Source: Tubiluchus corallicola (taxonomy: Eukaryota; Animalia; Priapulida). From it: a stretch of DNA of 64,000 nt. Below, piece by piece: positions 48,305 to 63,513 of the stretch. The notes beneath the pieces are model-generated. The model worked only from the letters and a program-made list of their open reading frames with translations. It did no database searches and was not told the DNA's origin. The stretch spans positions 124,001 to 188,000 of the forward strand of contig JAQGDQ010000084.1 in the NCBI GenBank assembly GCA_030141605.1, given 5' to 3'. Positions within the stretch are counted from its first letter, which is position 1, and every line of letters starts with the position of its first letter. The position numbers and the translations under genes were made by a program.

Positions 48305-48966
48305 TTGAAGTACAAGAAAACCCTCCGCTTACATAAATCTTAAAAATTCGCCTGGAAATTTTATACCGCTTACATACTGCCTTTTTGCATACGGGCTTGC
48401 GTCGACAGTAACGCTGTATAAAACGTGTAAATTTAAACCAAGTTAGGCACAGGCATTTTAATGGCATTTGAAACAAGTTTAGACAACATTGCATGAAGAA
48501 GAGTATTTGTAGCACACATGTCTCTAACTAAGTAAAATTTTAAATTACTGTTTCTTGTCGATAAGATTAAAATGCATTTTTGGTTAGTGAGTGATGCACC
48601 CTGGCCGGTGAGCCAACGACATTTTACTTACCATTTGGCGAAAACTTTTTAAATTATTAATAATTTTCTTTTCTAGTTAGACAAGTCTTTTAAGCAGGTA
48701 ACAGAAATACTAGGTAATATAGATTTGCATGGAAAGTTTTTTGGGACATAATTTAACATTTCCTTTTCCTCTGATTTACGCTGTGCGTAGATGACGTGAT
48801 GTAATGATGCGGTCGGAACAGTGTTGCGGGAGATTTAAAATAAAAACAAACAAAAAATCGTTTCAACGCGAGTACGATATGTGCATAAAATTGCTATAAA
48901 GTAATATAATTTTTTAAGGCAATTTCTCTGAAACCTACCTCACGTGCCCCTTTTCTTGTCCCTTAA
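48305..48966 (-). mobile_element. TTAA-flanked MITE family B copy
   Basis: TACAAGAAAACCCTCC..TTTTCTTGTCCCTTAA; inverted termini ACAAGAAAA/TTTTCTTGT. Confidence 0.7.
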
Positions 48967-49429
48967 ATGGACGCGCCAAAGAATGTGTTTGTGAGAATAG
49001 ATGTTTATTTTATGATAGCACTTATATATATTTTTATGACAGCACTTATAATATGATGAAATTAAAAGTGCTGTCTACCCTGGAGCTTTAGTAGGACAAT
49101 AAGCTTGCAAGCGCAAGCTGTGCTTGTTTCGTATCATATAGTAGTTGGTACCACCATCATTAATTTTTCCAACTGAATCACTTAAGTGTGTAAGCGGCAT
49201 ACGCTTTCCATAATTATGAGAAATCCAGTTAAAAATAGATGTGTAGTTTCCGTTACTTTTGAAATTCAATTTCATCTCATTGCAAAAACTAAAAAGAGTT
49301 GATTTGTACAACAACTGAACAAAAACACATTAGCAGCAAAGAAAGCATTTTGCATACGTGAAAAGTAAATTGTAATTGGTTTCAAAATGACAACAGATTC
49401 AAACCTTTGTAGATGTAACGAATTTCTAT

Positions 49430-49706
49430 AAAAATAGACTAACTTTTCTTTGCCAATTCCTTGAAAAATAGACCAACTTTTCTCTGCCAGTTTCTTGAAA
49501 AATAGACTAACTTTTCTCTGCCAGTTCCTTGAAAAAATAGACTAACTTTCTTTGCCAATTCCTTGAAAAATAGACCAACTTTTCTCTGCCAGTTTCTTGA
49601 ACAATAGACTAACTTTTCTCTGCCAGTGCCTTGAAAAATAGACTAACTTCTCTCTGCCAATTTCTTGAAAAATTAATTAACTTTTCTCTGCCGGTTTCCT
49701 TGAAAA
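49430..49706. repeat. ~31-32-bp tandem repeat, ~8 units
   Basis: AAAAATAGACTAACTTTTCTCTGCCAGTTCCTTG-like unit. Confidence 0.9.
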
Positions 49707-50329
49707 GAGATTTTTCTAACGTATCTTAAAACAATTTGAATTCAAGTTACAATTATATTATTACATCACCTTTATCACCTTAATCGAAGTCTTCAAACTT
49801 CGCTATGATCACAGATATTCAAGCAGAATTTATCAGAGTTGAACCTGGGTTACATACACAACACTTGCATCCCAGAGCTAAACGTCCTGCTTTCTCCTCC
49901 TTACTACGTATGATGACTCTTACCTGTCCACTACTCCAATAAATATCGCTGAATTAATGAATGCTAATAAGTCTGGAAACGCTGCAGCTGGTGCATATGT
50001 GGAAACTTGTGTTACATTTTACTACAAAGCGTTCCCAAGTTGCAACATAGGGCGGTCCAGTAAAATTGATTGCAAACACGCATAGAGTGAAAGTTATAGA
50101 AATGGTCATAAACGTTATTATACATAATATTATAATGCCTTTCTGGGAGAATTAGCTCCATTATTTCACGACTAGAGGATCGGTTTCAGACTGAAACAAA
50201 CTTTTCCCATTGACAACCACAGACATTCACTAGACCGTCTCGCCAAGTGCTAGATCCCACAGTGCGTTGTGTCCAAATGCAGAAAAGATCAAAAATTTAT
50301 CATCATAGCTGGCAGCAACTTCATCAAAA

Positions 50330-51500
<1,171 letters not shown>

Positions 51501-52661
51501 AACAAATCTAATTTATTCTCCATTTGAACAATACAATACAAGTACAATACAGGCTCTTTAGATTACGCATCAGCTGCTCAAAATTGTACAGAAACTGCAA
51601 AAAACATAGTGCATGTCAAAAGGGCGACAATACCGTCTGTCACTAACGTATTTTTGATGATAATCAACAAATTGATTGCTTATTGTTAATCTATTATTGA
51701 TCAATTGTTGATCTATTATTAATTGCCATTATCATTAATTTTTTATAAGGCTTCTGATTTTGATTATGGTTGATCCTTTCTTTAACATTAGATGGAAGCA
51801 CGTTCCAAGTTTGAATGACCACTGGCACTGAGTGAGTCACAGGACCATGTTTACCTGCCTCGTCAGGTACTGACCTAGTACCTTTACCTGGTTGCGTAGC
51901 TCCGTGGGACGAGCTAATTTTGCTGAAGGCATGTTTTTCAGTTTTTTAAAACATGTTGATGTCTCGAAAAAGAAACCACTTCATTGGCTACTTGGTCATT
52001 GGTCAGAGAGGTTATTGTGGCCTCTGCATGCCGTGCATTGTAGAACATCCCATTTGCTTCAGAAATTGAACGGTGGCCTTCGAACACTTCTTTATGGAGA
52101 CTGAGTTCCAGTTTGTTTGCCTTTGTCCAGTGCAGAAGCGTCTTTGGAAATCAAACAACAATGTCGGTGACGTTGAACGACAATGTCAGTGACGTAGAAC
52201 AACAATGTCAGTGACGTACAACAACAATGTCAGTGACGTAGAACTGGTAGTTTTGGCTGGGAGTATCCAGGAAGCCATCTTGAATACGCGGAAGGATACA
52301 TAGTGGAAAACGTAGTAGGAAGGGTGGTCGAGTACGTGGTAGGAACATAACTGATGATATTCATTTCCTCGGACAGTACTGATTACACCAGCCATTATTA
52401 ATAAGTCTGGCTAAGTTTTAGTAATAAAAAGTAGTAGCTACGTGATACGATAAATGAATTTAGTAGCAGTTACATCATATGTTAACTGTTTACAATAACT
52501 ACCTAATTTTAGCTACAGACCACACCTAGTCACGTGGGTATCAGGATAGCCTGAATAAGGAGCCTCTGGGAGGTAATGTATAGCGCTGGATAGGCTACCA
52601 TGTTAACACAACCTAATTCAGGTTGAACACAAATTGCGTAGAAGTAGTATAGATAGTTCAT

Positions 52662-53294
52662 TTAAAGGAAGACAGGATGATTTTTCACATACTACCCCAT
52701 TTTCAAGTCTGCTAAAAATGAGACATTTTAACACAATTAATACTGCAAAAGCGTTTCTGATAATTAAATAATATATTAAAAACTTAATTAACTTTTGGCG
52801 AGCCCAACTATTGATGACATCACAAACTAACATAATTTCAACAGCAAAAATATTCCACGAGCGTGTTGCACGTGGTTGTGAAAGTGAAAATTGAAGTACA
52901 GTGCTACTGTAAGATATTCAGTGTGTTCTACTAAAACTAGGCAAGTTTTAAGATAAAAATTCAAATTTCAAATTTACCGCTGTGCTCACGCATGAGCTGC
53001 CGAATGTGTGTAGTTCATAACAAACTAACACATCTGAACTGAGAAGTGCAGCACCTATTTCTTGTGCAATGCGTTTCCGAAATGCAGGCGCAGGCGCTAG
53101 TGCCCGTCTAACTAGCCAAAGGTGAAATGCATGTAACAGCGAAGAACTAGTGGCGCGAACGTGAAATTGTGTTTGTGTGGTAATATTTCTTTCACGTAAG
53201 TCGTTTTCAAAAAAAATAGCATGTTTCCGTTCAATGTTTTAAAAAGCAGATTGTTTTGACCTACAGTTTAAGATTGGGTCCAGTTTTGCTTTAA
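52662..53294 (+). mobile_element. Kolobok-like MITE family A copy
   Basis: TTAAAGGAAGACAGG..GGGTCCAGTTTTGCTTTAA with TTAA flanks. Confidence 0.8.
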
Positions 53295-53854
53295 TGTGTA
53301 GTTAGCAAATAATACTATGTACAGGCTTATTTAGAAAAAATGCACGTTTATTAATAAACCTGTTTGCAGAGGGCAGATTCAAGGTAAATAAGGTAAATAA
53401 GAATAAACAACCAGGTAAATAAGAATAAACAACCAGGTAAATAAGAATAAACAACGTGCCTCGAGATACTTGTATCAAGGCAGACATAAATCCTATTTGC
53501 TATTATACGGCTTGTCGCTGGTCATTTCCCGGTGCTGCCACCTATAGCCGAGTTGCGCGGATCAAGTCTCCAATCCCACTCACTGCAACTAAATGAATTC
53601 TACGCAAAAGTCAATACCTCTTTAATACTCGTGGAGCAAAGAAAGTTCTCGCTCAATTTTGCTCTTTCTAACCACTCTCGAAACTAAAAATGAGCTTAGA
53701 TGATCATTCTCCCTGTTTTACTCATTGTGCAGTACAAAATGATGTTATATTTCCTGCATGGATTAGAAAGTCAGCAAAACTGTTTAGGTTGTAACTGTCC
53801 AAGAATGATGAACTTATATATATATATATATATATAATATATTATATATAATAA

Positions 53855-54480
53855 TCTTTATTTGCCATTAAAATACATTAATAATCACTGATAAAAACTT
53901 TACAGAGATGATCAATCAGTGTTAGTTAATAAAAACTTACACTGCTAAAGGCAAATAAGACAGTGCAATCTAAACTACTGTGCAGTAATGGAAAGTAACG
54001 ACAAATAAAATCAAGCGTATTTACAACTATGCACAAAAAATGAAAAAACTATGATTTAATTAATGTGGCCGTGGATATATAAATTCTGAATTAGTGTGTA
54101 TGTTGTCGTGTTGGTGTGATTGTATTTCATATCTGGTTAATATTAGTGATTTTAATTCTGTTTTAAATGCTGATAGGGACTTGATTTGTTTAAGCTGTAA
54201 TGGTAGAGAATTCCAAAGTAGAATTGCTTGTTTGATTACAGAGTTCGTTCCATAGTGGGTATTTGTCCTAATTTGTTTTAGATTGCTTGTTCTGTAATTA
54301 ACGATAGGATTTGGAAAAAAGGTAAATCTGTTATTCTGGAATGGTTTGCTAATGTTCTTAATGTATTTAAATATAAAAAGCAGAGTAAAATGTTCTTTGT
54401 GTGCTTCAATGATTGGGAATTTTAAAGTTTTTCTCAGCTTAGTTGTTGAAGCTTTGAATTTTTGTCTACCTGCCTTACGT
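53855..54480 (-). mobile_element. LINE 3' fragment (CR1/L2 group)
   Basis: Minus strand reads THYGTNSVIKQAILLWNSLPLQLKQIKSLSAFKTELKSLIL, a typical ORF2 C-terminus, followed by AATAAA and a TA-rich tail. Confidence 0.75.
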
Positions 54481-55185
54481 TTTTATGAGTACCCAGCTAT
54501 CAATCTCAACGCATAGTTTTGAAGGAGATTTCATTTTAAGTAATTTTCTCTTTAGGTTTTTTGAAGTAGCGTACATCCATATAAGAAGTGTGGTAGAACT
54601 AATGTTTTATATATTAGTGTCTTAGTTTCCTTTGTTAAACCTCCTACATAAGATTAGTCTTGCTAGTGAACATAACAGTGCAAAGTTTGTTCACCTTTGA
54701 TTCTGTGAGATACAATAGCCCTTTTGTCAAAGAATAACTTTCCCATTATCTTCAGAGAGCATCGAACTATTGAAACACGTGGAATAATCTGCCCGCGTGT
54801 TTTGATTAATGAGCAATTGTGCAACATCTCGAAATGGAAAGCCAATGCTGACTACGTGAGTGAAAAATTTCCTCTGCTTGACCGAATCTACACGTGTCTG
54901 TCTCAAATATTACAGATGCTATTGTTTCAAGTGAATAACGAAGTTCGTCGAGACGTGAGTGACCTTTATCAACCTCAATCACCTCAAATTCAAATTGAAA
55001 ACGTGCATTTAGTTCCACATTCATGATATAAATGAAACAAATGAAATTGTATTTAATTATCACAATGGAAATAGGATGGCGAAAGACCATGAATGTCAAC
55101 TAGTCGAACCATCCTTCAATGGATAAATGTTACTACTGGGAAGGCACTGTAACTATTTAACTCACCAATAGAAATGAAATTGTAT

Positions 55186-55648
55186 TACGGTGAACCCCGT
55201 GACCCGAAAAAAACCATCCCTTATATTCGCTGTCCCTTATAGCCGAAGTTGAGTCAGACCGAGGGTGTATCTAGAGCTGTAATTTTCTGTACTTTTACCC
55301 ATATGTTCATGGATTATTGATACACATTCAGTGCAAACGGTATGTAGGAAGCTCGTTCAGTGATGTGAGATGTGGGTGATCGCGGAAACCGATTTGTTCG
55401 AAGGCCGAGTTTGCGAAAAATCGAGGCTAAAAGTCGATCAATTTCGCTTTGATCATAAAGTCGCTTATATGTGAGATAATTTACCTGGGTTTCTTTTATT
55501 CTGAAGATATCGTCCCTTATAACCGAAAGTTCCTTATATCCGAGTACCTCATATACGAAGATTTTCACATAGGAAAAATGTTACGAAAATCGGGACCGGT
55601 GTTGGTGGTTCACTATAAGCGAGTGTCTTATACCCGAGGCTGACTGTA
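55186..55648. mobile_element. pogo/Tc1-mariner-like MITE
   Basis: Termini TA-CGGTGAACCCCG and CGAGGCTGACTG-TA; repeated TCCCTTATA(T/G/A)CCGA subterminal motifs. Confidence 0.55.
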
Positions 55649-56329
55649 GTGCTGTTTTACTTTACCAACTTAATCTGGTTAAAATCCTCTAACCAACTTT
55701 AAAAATGATTTAAAGATGACTTACCTGATTTTCAATTCTTTATGTAGTAATAATTCCAGTATTGCTTTTAAAACTGCAAAAAGTGCAAAAAATACGTGTT
55801 ATATGTTTGTGTTTTTTTTTAAAGTCACTTACGTCATCTTTCTCAATTATTAGTCAAAGAAAATTGAGTAATGCGTAATTCGAAGATCTCCCATACCACT
55901 CCATATTATTAACTTCTGCAGCGCTACTTACTCAAAACTCACAAAAGTTTTTGAAAATAGCAAGATTTTTTTGGAAACAAAAATTAGAAAATTCTCAGCC
56001 TTAGTTGAAACTGTATTTCTGTATAACTCTGAGCTCAGGACATTAAAAGCAAATCATAAAGCTGAAATCGATGCATTTAGATATTTAGATTTTGCACAGA
56101 AAGATTTAACACTTCATCATTGATCCTTAGAAATAAATCCACTTGGGGCATTGCAGCGTGTAGGGAGTCCTGGCATAGAGAGGTGAGCAGAATCATGTCC
56201 CTGGACGTATACGCACTACTTTATGAGCAACTCTGCCACTGCTTGTTACCTCAGAATAACACTGTTATAAGTAAGACGTCTATATTCATCGACAAAATTT
56301 GTTGTAAACAGTACAACATTTTTGGCTTG

Positions 56330-58192
56330 CACATAAGAGTGAAAATTTCCAAATCGTTTCATTGCAGAATATTGCAACTAGTATAGATGTTGTTCTTTTT
56401 CAACAACCTGAACAACAACCCCACCATTATCAATTAGTTACTTCACAATCACTTCATTGCATTCCCGACTGCCACGACTAATGGAGACTTTCCATCTTGA
56501 TGGACCTTATTTACATCTCCATCATTATCAATTAGTAACTTCACAATCGCTTCATTGCATTCCAGACTGCCACGACTAGTGGAGACTTCCATCTTGATGG
56601 ACCTTATTTACATCTCCACCATTATCAGTTAGTAACTTCACAATCGCTTCATTGCATTCCAGACTGCCACGACTAGTGGAGACTTCCATCTTGATGGACC
56701 TTATTTACATCTCCACCATTATCAATTAGTAACTTCACAACCGATTCATTGCATTCCAGACTGCCACGACTAGTGGAGACTTCCATCTTGATGGACCTTA
56801 TTTACATCTCCACCATTATCAGTTACTAACTTCACAATCGCTTCATTGCATTCCAGACTGCCACGACTAGTGGAGACTTTTCATCTTGATGGACCTTATT
56901 TACATCTCCATCATTATCAATTAGTAACTTCACAATCGCTTCATTGCATTCCAGACTGCCACAACTAGTGGAGACTTCCATCTTGATGTACCTTCTTTAC
57001 ATCTCCATCATTATCAATTAGTAACTTCACAATCGCTTCATTGCATTCCAGACTGCCACGACTAGTGGAGACTTTCCATCTTGATGAACCTTCTTTACAT
57101 CTCCATCATTATCAATTAGTAACTTCACAATCGCTTCATTGCATTCCAGACTGCCACAACTAGTGGAGACTTCCATCTTGATGTACCTTCTTTACATCTC
57201 CATCATTATCAATTAGTAACTTCACAATCGCTTCATTGCATTCCAGACTGCCACGACTAGTGGAGACTTTCCATCTTGATGAACCTTCTTTACATCTCCA
57301 TCATTATCAATTAGTAACTTCAAAATCATTTTAGACCTGGTCATTTCAGCATAAACAAAATAGGAGTTTTTTTCTGAAATCGGCTTTATGAAAACATCAC
57401 CCTTATTGATTAACAGTTTCAAGACACTTTGGTAAGATCGAAATACAGTAAGACATAATCTAGATTCGTATGCATGCATTGTGTTTTCATCTGTGTTTCC
57501 TGAACAGCAAAAGACAAGCGTCTATTAGTGACATCTTGGTGAGATATCAATTTGAAAGTAATTAACGATTTTAATGTTGGAGTTTCAAATTTGAGCCATA
57601 AACGAAAAGAACTGAAGCCAAGTGCAGATTCACATTTTCAAAACTGCACTGTAGTGGAGTGTATACATCATTAAAGTGTGCATTAACGCTAGCGACATTT
57701 TGAATAATTCTGCTAGTTTAGAATCTACATGATTGATACAAATTTGATCAAAGCTAATTATTTCATCAAATACAGATTAAAAATACCATAGAAAATTTTT
57801 AATCTTCTTTATGTGACTGTCTAATTTTGGTGATTGAGACTTTATCACGTTTTGGCAAAGCGACCTTTCCCTGTAAACAGTAAACGGCAAAAATAAACAA
57901 AGTTTGCATCTTTCGGATTATTATCTTTTAATTAGGAAGCAAAAATGTTTATCTACCTTTTAACCATAAACTTTGGTGATGGGAATAGACCGACAATTAT
58001 ATACGTATTTACATGTTTATGTATGTTGTGGAGATCGCTGTCATCTATTAGAATTACATAGAACACTGTAGAATGTTCCGTTAGAATAATCGTCTTACCG
58101 TGTGGAATGTTCTGGAGCATTAGTTCTGGAAGTTTCTTCAGCGCGCTGTATAAGGCACAGCAGGCCGCTGAGACGGGAGCACGCTGATTCAC
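56330..58192 (-). pseudogene. Ankyrin-repeat gene remnant or mis-assembled gene with 9 near-identical frameshifted repeats
   Basis: Tandem units of 97-98 bp at 56421-57321 encode NEAIVKLLIDNDGDVNKVHQDGKSPLVVAVW (ankyrin consensus), but each is 1-2 nt short of 99 bp. More diverged ankyrin repeats lie in frame at 57322-57479. A plausible acceptor (exon start 57499) and an upstream phase-1 donor (exon end 58099) are compatible. Confidence 0.75.
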
Positions 58193-58909
58193 ACGGACGC
58201 CACTTACACATTCTCTTGTATACTTACATTTTCAGATACACTTAAACGTTTTCCAGATTTTCACGTTTACTGTAAACATTTCGCGTTTCTTCATACTTTT
58301 GTGTTGTAGAATTCTCGCTTAATAAACTAGTTTAATTTAGGGAAGTGTTTTCTGGCTTTCACTACAAGCCTTCCGAGAGAAACACAACACATAATTCAAC
58401 TTAAAACAAGAAATCTTTCTTGCAGGCTAAAGCTTTAAAATTGGTGATATAAAATTTGCTTGTTCTAGATCTAGAAGTTCATTTTGAGCAAACCAAACTT
58501 TCAAAAATGGTTATTCCTAAGAAAAAGAGAGCAATTTGGAATTTTCACTAGTTCAGTTTGCCTTGCCAAAAATCTACAATTTGCCACATTTGCAATACAA
58601 AAACCTTTGTTTTACTGGGTAGAAAACCTTTTGTGCGAACTTAATAATTTTTGAATAGTACTAACTTTAAATGTGTCCCACTGGTGTGCGCGCATCAAGC
58701 CCATCAACCTAGATGATGCACGGTACGGCCATCTGGCAAGGAAAGTAAAACGAAGACACTTTATACTGCCTTTATGCGCAAGATGTTTGCGTGGTTTGTC
58801 CAGTAGACTTCTGAAAATCCTGTAACATCTTCCTCTGGACCTGACCTCTGACCTGTATGTCTCAAACCATTTTTAACAGGGCGGGAAACTTCCACTCAAC
58901 TTTCCTGTA

Positions 58910-59207
58910 AATTTTATTTATTTATTATTATTATTATCATCACATTCAGTACAATATAATGACATTAAGCACACAGTGACATCAAAATTATTACGTCATG
59001 CTGTATTAAATTCTTATGTTTCATTCGCTATCGTTATCATTAAAGAATAATTGTACTGCAGTGTCCTAGAGAAGCAAAGGCTTGTATAAGCCCACTGCCA
59101 TGTGAACCCGATAAAAAAGAATGGATGTGTGAACAAAAAAAAAGAACTGGGAGAAAGGTTAGATCACACAGGAAGGGTAGAAGGATGTGTTAGTGGAAAT
59201 GGTAGGA
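58910..59207 (-). mobile_element. Second copy of the 29485-29780 dispersed repeat
   Basis: Direct sequence match to 29490-29775. Confidence 0.7.
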
Positions 59208-62200
59208 AATGCATTAGTACTTAAGCAGTAATGCCATTCTGTTATTTTTCTTCTATTGACCGCTTTCTCCATGATTTTACCCAGACATTCGCATTTTACC
59301 AGGACCGTCAATAAACAAAAGCCAACCAACAGTCGAACATGTTCTAAATATTTTCATACATTTTTTACACTCACAAATTCCCGTCTCATCATTACTTCTG
59401 GAATAAAACAGGGGTTTACCATTGATTTTAAGTGCATCCTTGCTTTTATCATTAACTCTGCCTCCTAGGAACTCATTCGTTTGCATGTTTTGCATAATAT
59501 TAAATGCTTCGCAACAAATGATTTTGATTTGCATGTAAATGGTAATGATGATATTCTTGGTTTTTTATAATTATGATATTAGCTTAACATTATGGCATTT
59601 ATATTTTGTTACGATTTTGCATAAATTTTTGTTTTACGTACTTTTAATACGTTCATAAAATACATGTTTTCTTGTGATTGAGTATACCAAGTTATTACTA
59701 AAATTCCTTACATTCGAGTTACATGCAAATTATGCTATATTTAGCATGCTACTTCAATCCATTTCTTTATTATTTCTGTTTTTTGCTCATTTAGAATGTG
59801 AAATTTCGTTTTTGGCGTTTTTCTTTTATGTTATATAGATGTAAACAAGTGCATAATTCAATATTTCATTATTTTTGATTAGCTATCGTCTGCATTGCAT
59901 GCGAATTATTTATAACAGAACTGAGTTGGGGTGGCTGATACGATAACGCATGTTCTTCGCCACCCCTTCCCATTTGATTGGCTATTATAATTATGCTACT
60001 AAGCTTTAATCGATGTTGTATGTGGGAAAAACAATAAGTGATTTGATTCGTGAAACCCTCACACACCTGCATATCCTTGCACCATCCATACCTCTCTACA
60101 CTTTTCCAAATAAATCTTCCAATGTATCTGACCTTTTTTTCAATATGCACATGTGAGCGGTATTACTTCGCAGTTGATTATAGTTATTGATGTGGTACTT
60201 ATCTGATGCCTTGCTACCAACCCCTTTAAAATAGTGCAAAGTCTTAGAAATTTTCCCATGAGTTGGAATGTTCATACGAAAGAGGTAAATGGCTTTAAAT
60301 TTGTTAACTTTGTTTAAGAGACACTGTAAATTAATTTTCTTGTGTTTTTTCTCGAAAATAAGCAAAAGTTAAATTATCGGTTTCCTAATAATTAATAAGT
60401 TGAAATGTTTTGAACGTAATTAATGTGCTTACGGATTATTTTCTACTTGCGCGGATGAATACAAAGCGTGGAGAACGAAAAGCAAGTTGCGTTTTCTGCC
60501 AAGGTTAAACTTTCTGTTATGAAATGTGTTCGTCATTTTGTTTGTCTACTAGTTTTAATAAACGAAATGAGGACAAAAAACAAACAAGGCATGTTTTTCC
60601 TTCAACATATAGGCCTACCAATGTTTCTACATTAAAAAAACCGTACGATTGTGTAAACATTAGTTCAGAATAAAGAGTGTGCCCTAAACACTGAAAACTA
60701 CAATAGCTTTTGTTAAATTAAATAAGAATTACCAGGGATACTCAAATTTCGTTAAACGTTCAAAGCTACGCGTGGCTCAGTGAATCTACTAAGATTGGCA
60801 GCGGCGCCTTTTTGTCAGATTTGCATGGCCGACAAATAGAAGGCGACACCGTGATAACGGTAACTATGAACTGCAGTGTTACTTTCTGACGCCATATGAT
60901 GTAGAGCCCATTTCTCGTGACATCATGCGTTTAAGCAGCACCATAACACTTCAAACGTGCTTGAAGCGAAGAGAAGATGCCCGCCATTACACAAACTGTG
61001 GCTAGTTTTTGACGTAAACAATAGCTGTGTTCCGTTGACATTAGTTAACTTTCTAAACTAATTATTCAAATATTGGAAACAATTGTTAATTTCTATAAGC
61101 AAGAAAATGTATATTAAAATGAGATTGAGTCTAAACAATCGTCCGCTTTTCCTTTAAATACCACCTAAAAAATCTCAATCATTCATTGCTTATATTACAC
61201 AATGCCAGAAGATTACTTAGCACTCGTAATTCGCATATTTTCCATAACCATTTTACCTAATTTCTACTGCATTCTCGCATAAGATCTTCATTTCTTCGCG
61301 GTATCATTGACTAGCCGCTAGATGGTGGGCGTCATGCGCATGGCGGAGCTTTCGAAGAAAGTACTTGCGTTTGGCAGCAACCATACTGGTACGGTTAAAC
61401 GAAGCACAAACATTTAAGGTAATTTAAATAAAAACTAGTGAGAAATAAAAACTAATTTGTAAGAAATTAATATTATTATTATTTCACTTGCACGGATGTG
61501 GTTACGTAAGAAACACATCTGTTTATAAATTACATCAGCCCTTGCTTTAATAATGTGAAATAACAATAAAATATTTTCTATTAAAACATTTTTTCTAACT
61601 CAGGCTAATCAAGCCAAAAGTTTGAAACAGGTTTCTTGCTCCCGAAATCACATTATCTGATTGTCTAGGTTTAATCCCATATCAGGTAAAAAAAGACTTC
61701 ACGTACACAATACTTTTGTAGCTACAACAACACATGTACAATAACACTTGGTCACTACCTATTGCTAATATGCACGTAGTCTAAAATTATGCAGAGGAAC
61801 TTAACTGTCTTGGGTAGGTCTACATAAATATGATAATGTGAGAATTTTAATTAGATATTCGAAACAGTACCTTAACTTTAAACAAGTTTCAGTTAAGCAA
61901 AATTTTAAATTTTACCAACACAAATTTTCAACACTGTCTGTTATCGGCAGTTAAATAAGTTCAGAAACACTTAGTATACAGAACAATACACTAGTATGAA
62001 GTTTTATGTCACACACGATGGCCACGTACATCAGGGACGAACACACGGAGGAGTGTCAGATCACCATTGTTCATTGTAACACAGTCACTAACGACGTGTT
62101 CAGACCAGCGAGTATTCTCGCCAAGTTACTCTCACGCGTGTTCAGACTAAAAAGCAAAACTTGATGCGAGTTACTCTCCTACACAAAGCACGAACAGATG

Positions 62201-62610
62201 CTCCCTTTTCTATTCGGTGTGAAAAATGTCGAGAGTAATTTCCCGATGCGTTCACACTGTACGATAAATCAACTCGCAGCATTTGTTGGAGATTTTGCAA
62301 TTTTCTGCAAACAGTAACCTGCAAAACGGTTCACACTTGCCAGTTTGATGTCAGAGAGAAAACTCGCGTGTCTGAACGTGCAATAACAGCAACGTATGAA
62401 AATAAAATGAATGTTGGTAGAAATGGCACGCGGAAAATGGCACAAATTAAAAAATAGATAAAAATGGCACAGGAAAAATGTCACAAATGGAAAAGTGGGT
62501 AAAATGGCACAAATGAAAAAGTAGATAAAAAATGGCACAGAAAAAATGGTACACTTAGTGAAATGTGTGTTTAGGGCTAGGATTACTGTGGGGTAACTAT
62601 TTTGATTATT

Positions 62611-63310
62611 TTAACCTCTGCCAAGGAAGTTATGATTCAACGCAGTTTGTTTGTTTGTCTGTGTATTTGGTTGTTTTTTGTCTGTTATGGGAGTAACCTT
62701 ATCACTAACTAACAAGCAACAGCTTATGGATTTCCATGAAATTTTGCGAAGGGAGGCGGTGGGTATTGAGTTCCAAAATGGAAATCTTTTTGACAGTTTT
62801 TTTTTCACAAAACTTGACCAAACACCACCTAAAAAAACATCTGTGAAGCACTTCATGGAGGTCGCAGAGAGATGTTTGGATCTTTTTTGTTGTCCCGCTA
62901 CAAGTTAGATCCCAGTTCCATTTCGATAAATTCCCGCTTGAAAAACCGTGTAATGCTGTCTATAACCTTTGCTTATTAATGTGTATAGCCTTGGTATGTA
63001 AATACATACATATCTGTCAGTCTGTTACCATTGACAAAATTAATTAAAAACGGTAGATAAAGACTATGTGGAACATTTGTGCATTACTGATTATAAAGCT
63101 ACTTAATGCACAAATATTTCGTGACACTTTGCTAGTCTATGTAATACCAATACAGATACATTTTTGTATGTTTGCTTGTTTACCTTTGTGTTAATTTTTT
63201 TAATCAAAAGAATCAGATGAAATTAATTTTTTTTAATGAAAAGAATCGTATGAATAGGTTTAGGATTGTTCGGCTTTGGCAGAGATCTGATTCCTACTGA
63301 AATTATAGTT
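62611..63310 (+). mobile_element. Helentron-associated HINE/DINE-1-like non-autonomous element
   Basis: Subterminal inverted repeat CTCTGCCAA (~62616) / TTGGCAGAG (63276-63284), GTTT/GTCT microsatellite near the 5' end, T-rich flanks. Confidence 0.55.
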
Positions 63311-63359
63311 TTATTATAGATATTAATTGCAAAAAAATAACATATGTGCGAGTTTTCTG

Positions 63360-63513
63360 TTTGTGCCATTTTTACCGTGCCATTTTACCATGTCACTTTT
63401 TCCTGTGCCATTTTTACCATGTCACTTTTTCCTGTGCCATTTTTACCATGTCACTTTTTCCAGTGCCTTTTTTACCATGTTATTTTTTCCTGTGCCATTT
63501 TTACTTTGCACCA
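63360..63513. repeat. Short tandem repeat GTGCCATTTTTACCATGTCACTTTTTCCT; reverse-complement motif cluster at 62415-62550
   Basis: About five units; AAAATGGCACA motifs in the opposite orientation ~900 bp upstream. Confidence 0.8.

Noticed and set aside
54663-55099. ORFs as downstream exons of the ankyrin gene
   Set aside because: No recognisable domain and no phase-consistent splice path could be built.
59277-59534. Additional ankyrin-like exon (GGRVNDKSKD..PLFYS)
   Set aside because: The resemblance is weak and could not be spliced convincingly to the downstream exons.
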